Below are positions 1 to 8,265 of a stretch of 37,212 nt of DNA, piece by piece. Below the pieces are notes generated by a model, which did no database searches, was not told the DNA's origin, and saw only the letters and a list, made by a program, of their open reading frames with translations. Source of the DNA: a virus (lineage: Duplodnaviria > Caudoviricetes); IMG/VR virus record IMGVR_UViG_3300030109_000534, positions 1-37,212 of that record, one strand, 5' to 3'. A program made the translations under genes and the position numbers. Numbering within the stretch: position 1 is the first letter of the stretch; each line of letters opens with the position of its first letter.

Positions 1-99
1 CTGGTATAACATTAACTATCGTTAACAATGGAGGCTTTAGCTATGTTTAAATTATACAGTAACTTAGTTAGTAGGCTGGCGTTCTGGGGCGCAGTCATT
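1..99. repeat. Terminal direct repeat, copy 1 (circular assembly overlap)
   Basis: 1-99 identical to 37114-37212. Confidence 0.95.
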
Positions 100-165
100 A
101 TGATTGCACTTTGGTTCGTTGCCTTTGGCTTTATTACATTAGATCTAATACAATCATGGAGGTAA
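43..165 (+). CDS. 40-aa single-TM membrane peptide (not in ORF track)
   Basis: GGAGG SD at 30-34; MFKLYSNLVSRLAFWGAVIMIALWFVAFGFITLDLIQSWR*; follows sigma70-like promoter across the junction. Confidence 0.7.
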   Translation: MFKLYSNLVSRLAFWGAVIMIALWFVAFGFITLDLIQSWR

Positions 166-167
166 TT

Positions 168-632
168 ATGAATAACGAAATATCTAATATATTAAGACTG
201 ACTTACGATCATTATGAGATGACTGGTATCTATAATAATGGTAGTGGGATCGTTACTGATGAGCATTATTATCAGTATGACGATTTCTGCACTACCAAGA
301 TTTTATATCCAGAATTTCAAAAAGATGGTGAGTTTCCACTGGACGAATTGCAGTCCATAGTAGGGGGCAATATTGAGATTGTCCCTACTAAGTATGGCGA
401 TTTAGTCATTAATGAAACTGGTAAGCTCAACGGTCTAGGCGCTAACTTCTTTAGCACTTGGATCTGGTTCCAGACTTATGGCGAAACTGATTACATTGCT
501 GGCAATGTTGGTCTTATTCGCAATAAGGATTGTGATGTATATACAATCCTAACCGATATGCTGGCTCGCGACTGGCACCACTATTACAGGGTGTCAGCTG
601 CTGAAGATCGTCAGTCTTGGGCGTATGCTTAA
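168..632 (+). CDS. DUF3846-like early protein
   Basis: SD GGAGG before ATG168; motif LDELQSIVGGNIEIV...INETGKLNGLGAN...IAGNV typical of DUF3846. Confidence 0.7.
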   Translation: MNNEISNILRLTYDHYEMTGIYNNGSGIVTDEHYYQYDDFCTTKILYPEFQKDGEFPLDELQSIVGGNIEIVPTKYGDLVINETGKLNGLGANFFSTWIWFQTYGETDYIAGNVGLIRNKDCDVYTILTDMLARDWHHYYRVSAAEDRQSWAYA

Positions 633-678
633 TGCCTATACAATGCGCCTCTACATGGGGCGTATTCATAGTCATTAA
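629..678 (+). promoter_or_regulatory. Long imperfect hairpin without U-tail, candidate RNase III site
   Basis: TTAATG/CATTAA, CTAT/ATAG and AATGCGCCTC/GGGGCGTATT arms around TACAT loop. Confidence 0.5.
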
Positions 679-699
679 TCAATAGAATGGAGGTGTTAC

Positions 700-912
700 A
701 TGGCTAGAATGTTAGTAGTATTAAAATATGATGTAAGTAATCCACTTACGCCAGATCTTTATAAAAAGTATCCTTACAGCATTGTGGAAACTTGGGACGA
801 TCATAAATGGGACGCGCCTTATTATGAAGTGATAGATTATTTTACCAATTTGAAAAAGGCTAGGCGTTGTATCAAGCAACATAAGGCTGGCACTTGGGTG
901 GAGGCACGCTAA
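700..912 (+). CDS. Hypothetical early protein
   Basis: GGAGG SD; TAATG coupling to next gene. Confidence 0.75.
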   Translation: MARMLVVLKYDVSNPLTPDLYKKYPYSIVETWDDHKWDAPYYEVIDYFTNLKKARRCIKQHKAGTWVEAR

Positions 913-1304
913 TGGAAGAATTAAAAATATTACCTTATATACAACTGAATGGCGAAGTGTCTGACGTAGAGCAAAGTATGTTCATATGTCGTGGCGCGCG
1001 TTGTGTTGCGAAAAGGCAATATAAAGGCTGGTCTATTCGCATATATCATCAACCGTCTAACGTCCCTAAATATTTGTTGTGGGAGCAAGCAAATTATGAC
1101 GATTTTGACTGGGATAGAGTAGAACGCGCGTGTGCTGATCGCAGATATGTTATTGGTACACATGGCTATATGATTATTAACCCAGCAGGAGATCACGCTT
1201 TTGGCGATTTCCAGTGGCTATTTGATGGAGGCGCGTGCTTGGAGGAGGCGCGCAGGGAAATAGATAGCCACATACTTTATGAAACTTTCCCAGATAAGGA
1301 GTAA
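912..1304 (+). CDS. Hypothetical early protein
   Basis: ORF track 894..1304; start moved to ATG912 (GGAGG SD, TAATG overlap). Confidence 0.7.
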   Translation: MEELKILPYIQLNGEVSDVEQSMFICRGARCVAKRQYKGWSIRIYHQPSNVPKYLLWEQANYDDFDWDRVERACADRRYVIGTHGYMIINPAGDHAFGDFQWLFDGGACLEEARREIDSHILYETFPDKE

Positions 1305-1308
1305 AAAA

Positions 1309-1614
1309 ATGGCAAGAAAATATAGAATAAAAGAAAAGTACATTAATGATTATCCCCATTTAAAGGGGATAGTTTTTGATGAGTGGGATATAGATGTATG
1401 TCAAGATGTTGGATCAATAAGTATGTCTATAGAGCAAGCTTTAGAGTTTGAAGAAATGAGTTACCAAGAGCAACGTGAATATATTGCTAATGGGGTAGAG
1501 CTTGACGGTCAAATTATATCAGTAAGTGGTTACTCTAATGATGATGATGTTGATGACTATACTGAATTTGATGGCTTATATGAATTTGAGGAGGTTGAAG
1601 ATGACAATGTATAA
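1309..1614 (+). CDS. Highly acidic early protein
   Basis: AAGGAG SD before ATG1309; about 28 D/E vs 7 K/R in 101 aa. Confidence 0.75.
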   Translation: MARKYRIKEKYINDYPHLKGIVFDEWDIDVCQDVGSISMSIEQALEFEEMSYQEQREYIANGVELDGQIISVSGYSNDDDVDDYTEFDGLYEFEEVEDDNV

Positions 1615-2014
1615 AGAAAATTTTACAATTATAGATAATGAGATTGTGCATGAAAATCCATATCATTATCCAACATATAACAATGGCACTTATTGTTTTG
1701 TCGTGGAGTGTTTTGATCGCACTTGCAACGTTGCAGTGCATATCGGCTACAGTGCATTTCAAAAATGGTTAGATGAAGAGCCAAATAATGACATGTACAA
1801 CCAAAAGCAAGCGCTCGTTGATGAGATCTACAATTTTGAATTTAATTACGTGATGAAAAACGACATAAACATGGCAGATATATTTTGTGAGCTGTTAGGC
1901 GATCAAATGGGATTTTGGGACGATATGCCAAGCGACTGGATCTACAAAATAACAAGCATAGAGTATTATGAAAAGGTAGATCTAAAACTATTTGAAGAAA
2001 TGCTTGTGAAGTGA
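1601..2014 (+). CDS. Hypothetical acidic early protein
   Basis: GAGGAGG SD before ATG1601. Confidence 0.7.
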   Translation: MTMYKENFTIIDNEIVHENPYHYPTYNNGTYCFVVECFDRTCNVAVHIGYSAFQKWLDEEPNNDMYNQKQALVDEIYNFEFNYVMKNDINMADIFCELLGDQMGFWDDMPSDWIYKITSIEYYEKVDLKLFEEMLVK

Positions 2015-2050
2015 GTATTATTTGCTACAATAACCTTAACTAATATTAAC
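2004..2050 (+). promoter_or_regulatory. sigma70-like promoter with downstream TTAAC operator-like site
   Basis: TTGTGA(2004)-16-TGcTACAAT(2026-2031); TTAACTAATATTAAC at 2036-2050. Confidence 0.55.
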
Positions 2051-2066
2051 AACTATGGAGGGCAAA

Positions 2067-2663
2067 ATGTTAGTACAAAATGATAACGATCAAAAACAGC
2101 TTGAGCTTGAGGCTGAAAAATTAATCCATTTGATATGGGCATTAAAAAGGCAGTACAAAAAATACCCAGTTGATGATCTTATAAATCTAATTAGGAAGTA
2201 CACAAAACCATTTAATGACATGTATGAGGCGCACCAGCAAGCTGATTATTATTGTCGCTTACACGATATACAATCATTAGAGAATAGAAGTGAGGCGCAC
2301 GGTATTTCGTTGCAGGGCATTTTTAAAGTGTCATACGATAATGTTTTATGGGTAATGCAAAAGCACAACGTTCGCAGATGGTGGAGCAGTGATGACAATA
2401 AAAGTGATGTTCATTGGTATGGCAAATTCCAAGATGGTCGCGTCTTTAGTATTTACAACTGGAAAGACGGTATAAGTCATTTAGGACTAGACGGTTTGCA
2501 AGTACAGCAAATAACGTCATGGCATATCGCTGGCAAAGATGACACCGTTGTAGACGACTTGACAACGTTGTTTGAGATGGATCTAGGCAGGACACTGGTT
2601 AGAACTGAAAATAATGGGTACGGTAATATAATTTGCAAAACATGGAGGGAAAACAATGGTTAG
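2067..2663 (+). CDS. Conserved phage hypothetical protein
   Basis: GGAGG SD before ATG2067; C-terminal G.SLQG...K.D..W...F.DG....IYNWKDG...WHI.G motif recognisable from other phage early proteins. Confidence 0.75.
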   Translation: MLVQNDNDQKQLELEAEKLIHLIWALKRQYKKYPVDDLINLIRKYTKPFNDMYEAHQQADYYCRLHDIQSLENRSEAHGISLQGIFKVSYDNVLWVMQKHNVRRWWSSDDNKSDVHWYGKFQDGRVFSIYNWKDGISHLGLDGLQVQQITSWHIAGKDDTVVDDLTTLFEMDLGRTLVRTENNGYGNIICKTWRENNG

Positions 2664-2877
2664 CAAAAAAGAAAAAAACTACATACACGTAATAGATACA
2701 AAAAAACAAATGATAAGAGCAATGTCAAATGATGAATTTTGTATTTGGATCTCAATGCAGATTTCTGATGGTTTTACTGATTGGCAACGGTATGAATTTG
2801 CACCTAACGCTGGCGTGGCGTTTCTCATGGTGCAGTCGCATTTGCCAGATGAGCCACCAGAGTGCTGGAAACATTAA
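2656..2877 (+). CDS. Hypothetical protein
   Basis: GGAGG SD, overlaps upstream stop. Confidence 0.7.
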   Translation: MVSKKEKNYIHVIDTKKQMIRAMSNDEFCIWISMQISDGFTDWQRYEFAPNAGVAFLMVQSHLPDEPPECWKH

Positions 2878-2886
2878 GGAGGGAAA

Positions 2887-3099
2887 ATGGATATAATTGG
2901 AAAAGAAAAGCAAGATTTTGATTATGCAATTAACATTGTTTACGAAGTCAGCGACCAACTATGGGAAACATATTTACAATATAAAATGGGCGACTGGTGT
3001 AGCAAAGGAGAGTTATTAAATATATTTGAAAAGCACGCCAGACATTTAAATACAGCATTAACAATATTAGAGAGGGAAAGGAGGGATTTACAAGAATAA
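2887..3099 (+). CDS. Hypothetical protein
   Basis: AAGGAGG SD; last gene before terminator. Confidence 0.7.
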   Translation: MDIIGKEKQDFDYAINIVYEVSDQLWETYLQYKMGDWCSKGELLNIFEKHARHLNTALTILERERRDLQE

Positions 3100-3123
3100 A
3101 TCGCGTTTTAAGAGCCATACAGT

Positions 3124-3166
3124 AGGGGGGAATAGTTTTTATGATATAACTATACCCCCTTTTTTT
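3124..3166 (+). terminator. Rho-independent terminator between convergent early and replication operons
   Basis: AGGGGGGAATAGTT...AACTATACCCCCT followed by T-run. Confidence 0.75.
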
Positions 3167-3542
3167 AATCGTATAGCATGCCATTGTGAGCAAAACAGTT
3201 GTGTATATCTTTTCTATTATTTGCCTCCAAGCAGCCACACGGACAACCGTCTACGTTTAACCAGTCCAGAACCTCCTCCAGCAACTCTTGCTGTGTTCCG
3301 AAACATTCAGTAAACACAGATGGGTTGACATGGTAGGAAAGTCCACCATTTCTGTGATGGTTAGGACATAACGGTATAGTTTCAAAATGACTAGCTTTCT
3401 GGCCCATTCTAAATTGACCTTTTATATGATGTATCTCGGCAGGACTGTCATAGATCCCTAACTTGGCGCAGGCAATACACCCCAGATCTACAACAGCCTG
3501 CAGATGTTTACGCTCCTGCTTTGTCATGCTTTTTTTAGCCAT
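3165..3542 (-). CDS. Ref-family (recombination enhancement) HNH/Zn nuclease
   Basis: LGCIAC...AEIHH...GQKASHFETIPLCPNHHR motif; start likely ATG3542. Confidence 0.8.
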   Translation of the reverse strand: MAKKSMTKQERKHLQAVVDLGCIACAKLGIYDSPAEIHHIKGQFRMGQKASHFETIPLCPNHHRNGGLSYHVNPSVFTECFGTQQELLEEVLDWLNVDGCPCGCLEANNRKDIHNCFAHNGMLYD

Positions 3543-3873
3543 AGTTTTTTCTCTCAATGGTGTTGTTTATCATTTCAGTTTTCCACTTTTCAAAATTGAT
3601 CTCAACAATCTTTTTTTCCCACGCCCATTTCAGTTCGTTTTCTATAGCAATACCTAGTGCTTCAATGTGTTTCTTATATTTATCGTCTGCCCTAGCCTCA
3701 CGATCTTGCCCTGCAACCGTCTTTTCTCCTTGCAAAAGATATTTTTTCATCAGATCTGCCAGCAATATCTGCCTGCCATGTTCCAACGTAGTCAGTTGTT
3801 TTTTTGCCTCTGCATGTTTAATCCCTATCTCACGTAATCCGTGTAGGATCTTTTCCTTATTCGTATCCTGCAT
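3535..3873 (-). CDS. Helical hypothetical protein in replication operon
   Basis: GGAGG SD, coupled ORF; coiled-coil-like composition. Confidence 0.75.
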   Translation of the reverse strand: MQDTNKEKILHGLREIGIKHAEAKKQLTTLEHGRQILLADLMKKYLLQGEKTVAGQDREARADDKYKKHIEALGIAIENELKWAWEKKIVEINFEKWKTEMINNTIERKNYG

Positions 3874-5341
3874 AGTTCCCTCCTTTAGCGTTTTTTATAT
3901 ACAAGTGTTTAATGTAACCTTCAACTTCTTTGCTGATAGGTTTTGGAAAAACTTTTTTTGAGTGTGGAAAATGACCAAACTTTTTCCTAAATGTATGACT
4001 TGCCCAACCGTCTTTGTAACCTTTTTGTTTTGCAAAGTACAGCAGTTGCGCGTACCAGTCTTTTTTGTTTACTAACTTTACTTCAATACTCTCAACCTCT
4101 ACTAGCCTGCCTTGTTTTACTAAAACTTTTTTATCAATATCGTTTAATACATATCCACAGTTAGGACATTCTCTATTATACCTGCTTGGCTGATATACCG
4201 TGTTACACTTCACACATGTAAAAGGCTGTTTTTCTACTGGTCTGTTACGTGGCTCTTGAGATCTGGTAATTTTACTTTTTGTAAGTTGCCACTCTGGTGT
4301 GTCGTCTGGGAAACCATGCTCGTAAACACAGCCAGCATGATCTAATATTAATGTATCGTCTTTATCCTCTGCTGGTCTTAAACTCCTGCCTACCATTTGT
4401 AAATACATGCCATAAGATTTTGTCGGTCTAGCCAACACGACACAAGACACTATTGGCATATCCCAACCCTCTGTCAGCACTTGGCAGTTAGACAACACTT
4501 TTATATGGCCCACTTTCAGATCATGCAATACACGTTCTCTCTCTAACTCCTCCATTTCTCCATCAATATGCCCAGCTGGTATACCGTTCTCATTAAATAT
4601 TTTAGCTATGTATTTACTGTGCGCTATAGAAACTGCAAAGACCACTGTCGTTCTATTTTTAGCGTGGCGTAACCAGTGTGTAACCAGATCCCCTACTAAC
4701 TTAGGTGTGTTTACTCTTTTATTTAATCCACGGTTTTCATAATCGCCAGCTAACATACGTAGTCCTTGCAAGTCTGGTAATGTTGGAGCAATAATTTTTG
4801 TAGGCACAAGGAAACCTAGTTCTGTCAGCTCTTTTATGTTACTGCACTCAACCATTTCTGTGTAAATAGATCCAAGTCCTTTACCGTCATTGCGACATGG
4901 TGTAGCTGTCAATCCTATAAACAAAGCGTTGGGATACAAATCCATAAGATCTTGAAATGACTTGCTGGCACTTCTGTGTGCCTCGTCAAGTATAATAAGT
5001 GTAGCCTCTGGTTTTATAAAATTTTCTTTTTTACTTCGTATTGTAAATGTTTGTATGCTGGCAACTTGTGTCCTTGCTCTAGGACTTGCTGATTTTCCTG
5101 CCATAATTACGCCATGATTAACATCAAAGTCGTGTAGCTTTTTACTGCACTGCATAATCAACTCTCGTCTATGCGCAACGAACAAACACTTATGTCCTTT
5201 TTCTAATGCAACTTCTATAAGCGCACTGGCTATAACAGTTTTACCACTGCCAGTCGGTGCTACTAATAATATTTTTTTGTGTTTCCAGCCTTTATCGGCC
5301 ACATCACTCATTGCTTTTAGTTGGTATTCTCTTAGCTTCAT
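3857..5341 (-). CDS. Superfamily 2 (DEAH/ResIII-type) helicase with C-terminal Zn ribbon
   Basis: LREYQ Q-motif, APTGSGKT, DEAH, TATP, QMVGRSLR; CVKC...CPNC. Confidence 0.93.
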   Translation of the reverse strand: MKLREYQLKAMSDVADKGWKHKKILLVAPTGSGKTVIASALIEVALEKGHKCLFVAHRRELIMQCSKKLHDFDVNHGVIMAGKSASPRARTQVASIQTFTIRSKKENFIKPEATLIILDEAHRSASKSFQDLMDLYPNALFIGLTATPCRNDGKGLGSIYTEMVECSNIKELTELGFLVPTKIIAPTLPDLQGLRMLAGDYENRGLNKRVNTPKLVGDLVTHWLRHAKNRTTVVFAVSIAHSKYIAKIFNENGIPAGHIDGEMEELERERVLHDLKVGHIKVLSNCQVLTEGWDMPIVSCVVLARPTKSYGMYLQMVGRSLRPAEDKDDTLILDHAGCVYEHGFPDDTPEWQLTKSKITRSQEPRNRPVEKQPFTCVKCNTVYQPSRYNRECPNCGYVLNDIDKKVLVKQGRLVEVESIEVKLVNKKDWYAQLLYFAKQKGYKDGWASHTFRKKFGHFPHSKKVFPKPISKEVEGYIKHLYIKNAKGGNYAGYE

Positions 5342-6152
5342 ATCTACTCCATATATCGTTTAGTTGGAACATGACCTCGCGTATATCCTCTGGTGGATCA
5401 CACGCGTTTGCAAATGCAATAGCCTCGTTCTTTGCATACTCTAGTGTTTCGCCACGTAATCTCATAGAGATTAACATTCTGACTAGTGTTTCGTGTCTGT
5501 TGCCTTTTGACGCTCCGTTTATGATACCGTTGCGCTTGTAAGTTGTGGTTCTCGGTAACATTCTACCGATAATCATTTTACTTTTTGGACGTTCTAATTT
5601 TAGTTTATCACGTATTTCATCTGTATGGTATGGTTTGTTTGTATGATATTCTTCTACAATTTCTATAGGATATGGTTTGTGCTTGTTGTGATAGAAACCA
5701 GCTACCCTCATTACTCTCGGCAAGTCTTTTACAACTGGATCACTGTTAAATTTTAATGCTAACGCCTCTTGGTACAGAACAAAACTTTGTAATGGCATGT
5801 CATCAACTAACCAGTAACAATGATATTTATCTGGAGATGTATTGACAATTAAATTTGGCTGCAACTCAAATCTTGTAGGCAATGGCGTACCGTCTAAATC
5901 TATAAACACTGCACGTACAGACTTTATATTCTTTGTCGTTCTGCCATGCAGATCTGTACAGTTTACTGTAAAAAATACACCAGCACCTTTTTTGTTTAGC
6001 TCCTGCAACTTGTCAACATGCTCGTCAATCGTGCCATGCAGTTGCTTTATCAACCTTTTGTCTAGTCCTTTGTCGCCAAAAGTCTGGAAACTATGATGTG
6101 TCCCAAAACTATTTAAAAACCTAGCGTATTGTTTAATCTGCCCTGTCATCAC
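5304..6152 (-). CDS. RepB-type (AEP superfamily) DNA primase with PriCT-like C-terminus
   Basis: VFIDLD, TSPDKYHCYW, RVMRVAGFYH motifs; C-terminal GNRHETL...NACDPP. Confidence 0.85.
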   Translation of the reverse strand: MMTGQIKQYARFLNSFGTHHSFQTFGDKGLDKRLIKQLHGTIDEHVDKLQELNKKGAGVFFTVNCTDLHGRTTKNIKSVRAVFIDLDGTPLPTRFELQPNLIVNTSPDKYHCYWLVDDMPLQSFVLYQEALALKFNSDPVVKDLPRVMRVAGFYHNKHKPYPIEIVEEYHTNKPYHTDEIRDKLKLERPKSKMIIGRMLPRTTTYKRNGIINGASKGNRHETLVRMLISMRLRGETLEYAKNEAIAFANACDPPEDIREVMFQLNDIWSRYEAKRIPTKSNE

Positions 6153-6504
6153 CCCACCTTACTTCTGCGCCTTTTTTACCTGCTCTTTGTTTCTTCAATC
6201 TGTTTTGTGTTTGTCGCTCACGTTCTTCTTCTGCTTGAACACAATGTATGTAACCATCTTCTACGTAAAACAAATGTGCCATCTTGGGCCATGCACGTTT
6301 CATAACACCACTGGTTGTGTTGCAGATCTTTGCTAATACTTTGTTGTCGTGTGGAAGTTTGTAGACACGCCAGCAGTGGCAATACAATAGTATGTATATA
6401 CCTTGCTCGTCTAATGACATGTTTAGTCTATTTGTGTCGCTAATCCAGTCGTTCGCGTAAAATTGAAACGCTGGCGATTGCTCGTCATTGTATCTTTTTC
6501 TCAT
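6133..6504 (-). CDS. DUF1376/YdaU-type replication initiator N-terminal domain protein
   Basis: PAFQFYANDWISD...MSLDEQGIYILL...AGKKGAEVRW. Confidence 0.8.
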   Translation of the reverse strand: MRKRYNDEQSPAFQFYANDWISDTNRLNMSLDEQGIYILLYCHCWRVYKLPHDNKVLAKICNTTSGVMKRAWPKMAHLFYVEDGYIHCVQAEEERERQTQNRLKKQRAGKKGAEVRWGDDRAD

Positions 6505-6507
6505 ATC

Positions 6508-6551
6508 TTAACCTCGATTAACGATTTTAATCAACAGTTAACCAATGTCAA
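6508..6551 (-). promoter_or_regulatory. Promoter of replication operon with TTAAC sites
   Basis: TTGACA(6551-6546)-16-TAAAAT(6529-6524); TTAACCTCGATTAAC 6508-6522; TTAA-N7-TTAAC 6527-6542. Confidence 0.65.
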
Positions 6552-6594
6552 GCGTTTTATGTATTATATGTATTACTATCTTGTTAGTAGTTGC

Positions 6595-6670
6595 AGGTGC
6601 AGTTGAAGAGCTATACTTTGCTATTGTCAAAATCATGTCAAAGTCATAGCAGATCGATAGCAGTGCCATA
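6595..6670. repeat. Candidate replication origin (GCTAT/ATAGC inverted repeats)
   Basis: GCTAT 6610, 6620; TGTCAAA 6625, 6636; ATAGC 6646, 6657; flanked by AT-rich DNA; next to initiator gene. Confidence 0.4.
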
Positions 6671-6709
6671 CACATAAGTCATTGTAATCATTAAGAAAAT
6701 ATTATTTTG

Positions 6710-6768
6710 TTGACTTTTGTTAACCTTTCGTGCTAGAATATACGTGCTACTAATTTTGGTAGCGTGTA
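6710..6768 (+). promoter_or_regulatory. sigma70-like promoter plus 5' hairpin
   Basis: TTGACT(6710)-18-TGcTAGAAT(6734-6739); hairpin TACGTGCTAC/GTAGCGTGTA 6741-6768. Confidence 0.6.
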
Positions 6769-6783
6769 AAAATGGAGGGCCAC

Positions 6784-7248
6784 ATGCCTAGATCATATCT
6801 AGGTTATGTTAACCACCAATTTACATCTTGTGCTTGGCAACAAGTATCCCATGAGGATGCTGTTACTGAAGCTGTACGTGCTTACGTCAGTCAGTGGTCT
6901 ACAGAATTTGAAAGTGGACAACTTGACTGGACTGTACTACCAGTCTTTGTATTGGACGACAGCAAATTTGACAGTATCCATTGGAGAATTTACGGTACTG
7001 AAGTCCGTAAAGATCTGGGTAACGGATCTAACCTGTGTCAGAATATAGAAAGACACGGATGGACTGAATACACCGTAACTATTCCAAAAATGGGAAGATG
7101 TAAAAAGGCTAACTACAACGCGCCTTGTTATACTGCAAAGTTAAAGGTAGCGTGCTTGCAAGCAATGAATACTGCTTGTGTTGTTGAAGCAAAGGACAAC
7201 GCACAGTTAGAAAAGCGCTTACAAGACAAAGTAGTTAGCATGTGTTAA
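6784..7248 (+). CDS. Monocistronic hypothetical protein
   Basis: GGAGG SD before ATG6784; own promoter and downstream hairpin. Confidence 0.75.
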   Translation: MPRSYLGYVNHQFTSCAWQQVSHEDAVTEAVRAYVSQWSTEFESGQLDWTVLPVFVLDDSKFDSIHWRIYGTEVRKDLGNGSNLCQNIERHGWTEYTVTIPKMGRCKKANYNAPCYTAKLKVACLQAMNTACVVEAKDNAQLEKRLQDKVVSMC

Positions 7249-7260
7249 CATAACCCCAAG

Positions 7261-7290
7261 CATGGAGGGAGGTTTCGGCTTCCCTCTATG
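7261..7290. terminator. Hairpin between convergent genes, probable terminator
   Basis: CATGGAGGGAGGT-TTCG-GCTTCCCTCTATG 13-bp stem with UUCG loop. Confidence 0.7.
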
Positions 7291-7504
7291 TGTTTATTGA
7301 CAATGCCTCAATTAGATCTGGCCTCATGTACTCCAAGTCATAATCGCCCAAGTGTGCAATCTGATAAGCTCTCAATGGTGGTATAACTTCCCACTTAGAC
7401 ACAGCAGGGTGGCTGATGTTCAAGATCCTAGCTAAATTTCTCCCACCATATTTTGACACAATTTCTATCTTGCGCTCTTTAGCTATTTCGTATAATTCAC
7501 TCAT
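7286..7504 (-). CDS. Cro/YdaS-like HTH regulator
   Basis: YGGRNLARILNISHPAVSKWEVIPPLRAYQI...MRPDL. Confidence 0.85.
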   Translation of the reverse strand: MSELYEIAKERKIEIVSKYGGRNLARILNISHPAVSKWEVIPPLRAYQIAHLGDYDLEYMRPDLIEALSINT

Positions 7505-7529
7505 AATGTTACCTCATGTTAATAAACAT

Positions 7530-7594
7530 ATACTATAAAATAACTTAATTAAAGTCAACTATTGTATTGACTTAACGTTAATAATCATCATAAT
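7530..7594. promoter_or_regulatory. Back-to-back divergent promoters (cro-like / SSB-like)
   Basis: - strand TTGACT(7558-7553)-17-TAGTAT; + strand TTGACT(7567)-16-CATAAT. Confidence 0.6.
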
Positions 7595-7632
7595 AATCCA
7601 CATAATAGTAAATATAAAAAAAGGATTAAACA

Positions 7633-8250
7633 ATGAATATTATAGCTACAACTAACGAACAACAATCAACATTTCCACAAGTGCCAACTGGCGTGCATAA
7701 GGCGAGGTGTGTAAACGTCATAGATCTTGGGACACAAGAGAATAACTATGATGGCAATGTTACATACAAAAGGCAGTGCATGATTATCTGGGAAGTGCCA
7801 GCACATAAAAATGATATGAACGGAGAGCCGCTTACACTAAGCAAGTTTTACACATTATCATTACACGAGAAGTCTAATCTTGGTGCAGACTTATCTGCAT
7901 GGAGAGGCAGGGCATTTACAGAAACAGAAAAAAAAGGATTTGATATTACTAAACTGTTAGGCGTGCCATGCTATCTTAATGTTATGGAGGGTAAGAACGG
8001 TAGGCCTAGAGTTGCCTCTATCATGCCTTTGCCAAAAGAAGAAGCTATGGATGACCAGCACCACGACAGCATAATGTTTTCTATAGACGATTATCAAAAA
8101 GGTGATCGTGATAGTTTTAATGAGCTATCAGAGGGCATAAGAAACATTATACTAAAGAGCAAAGAACTGTCTGGCTCGCATGATCTTGGAGATGGTAATA
8201 ATGGCACAGACTTACCAGACTTTACAGATTCAGATCAAGTGCCATTTTAG
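7633..8250 (+). CDS. Putative single-stranded DNA-binding protein
   Basis: G.H.ARC..VIDLGTQ...YTLSLHEKSNL...WRGR.F family; acidic SSB-like tail DSDQVPF. Confidence 0.7.
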   Translation: MNIIATTNEQQSTFPQVPTGVHKARCVNVIDLGTQENNYDGNVTYKRQCMIIWEVPAHKNDMNGEPLTLSKFYTLSLHEKSNLGADLSAWRGRAFTETEKKGFDITKLLGVPCYLNVMEGKNGRPRVASIMPLPKEEAMDDQHHDSIMFSIDDYQKGDRDSFNELSEGIRNIILKSKELSGSHDLGDGNNGTDLPDFTDSDQVPF

Positions 8251-8265
8251 TAGGGAGTTGGGAGT

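Noticed and set aside
28-7267. Recurrent ATGGAGG as a regulatory repeat or start codon
   Set aside because: Mostly explained as Shine-Dalgarno context; it caused several too-early starts in the ORF track.
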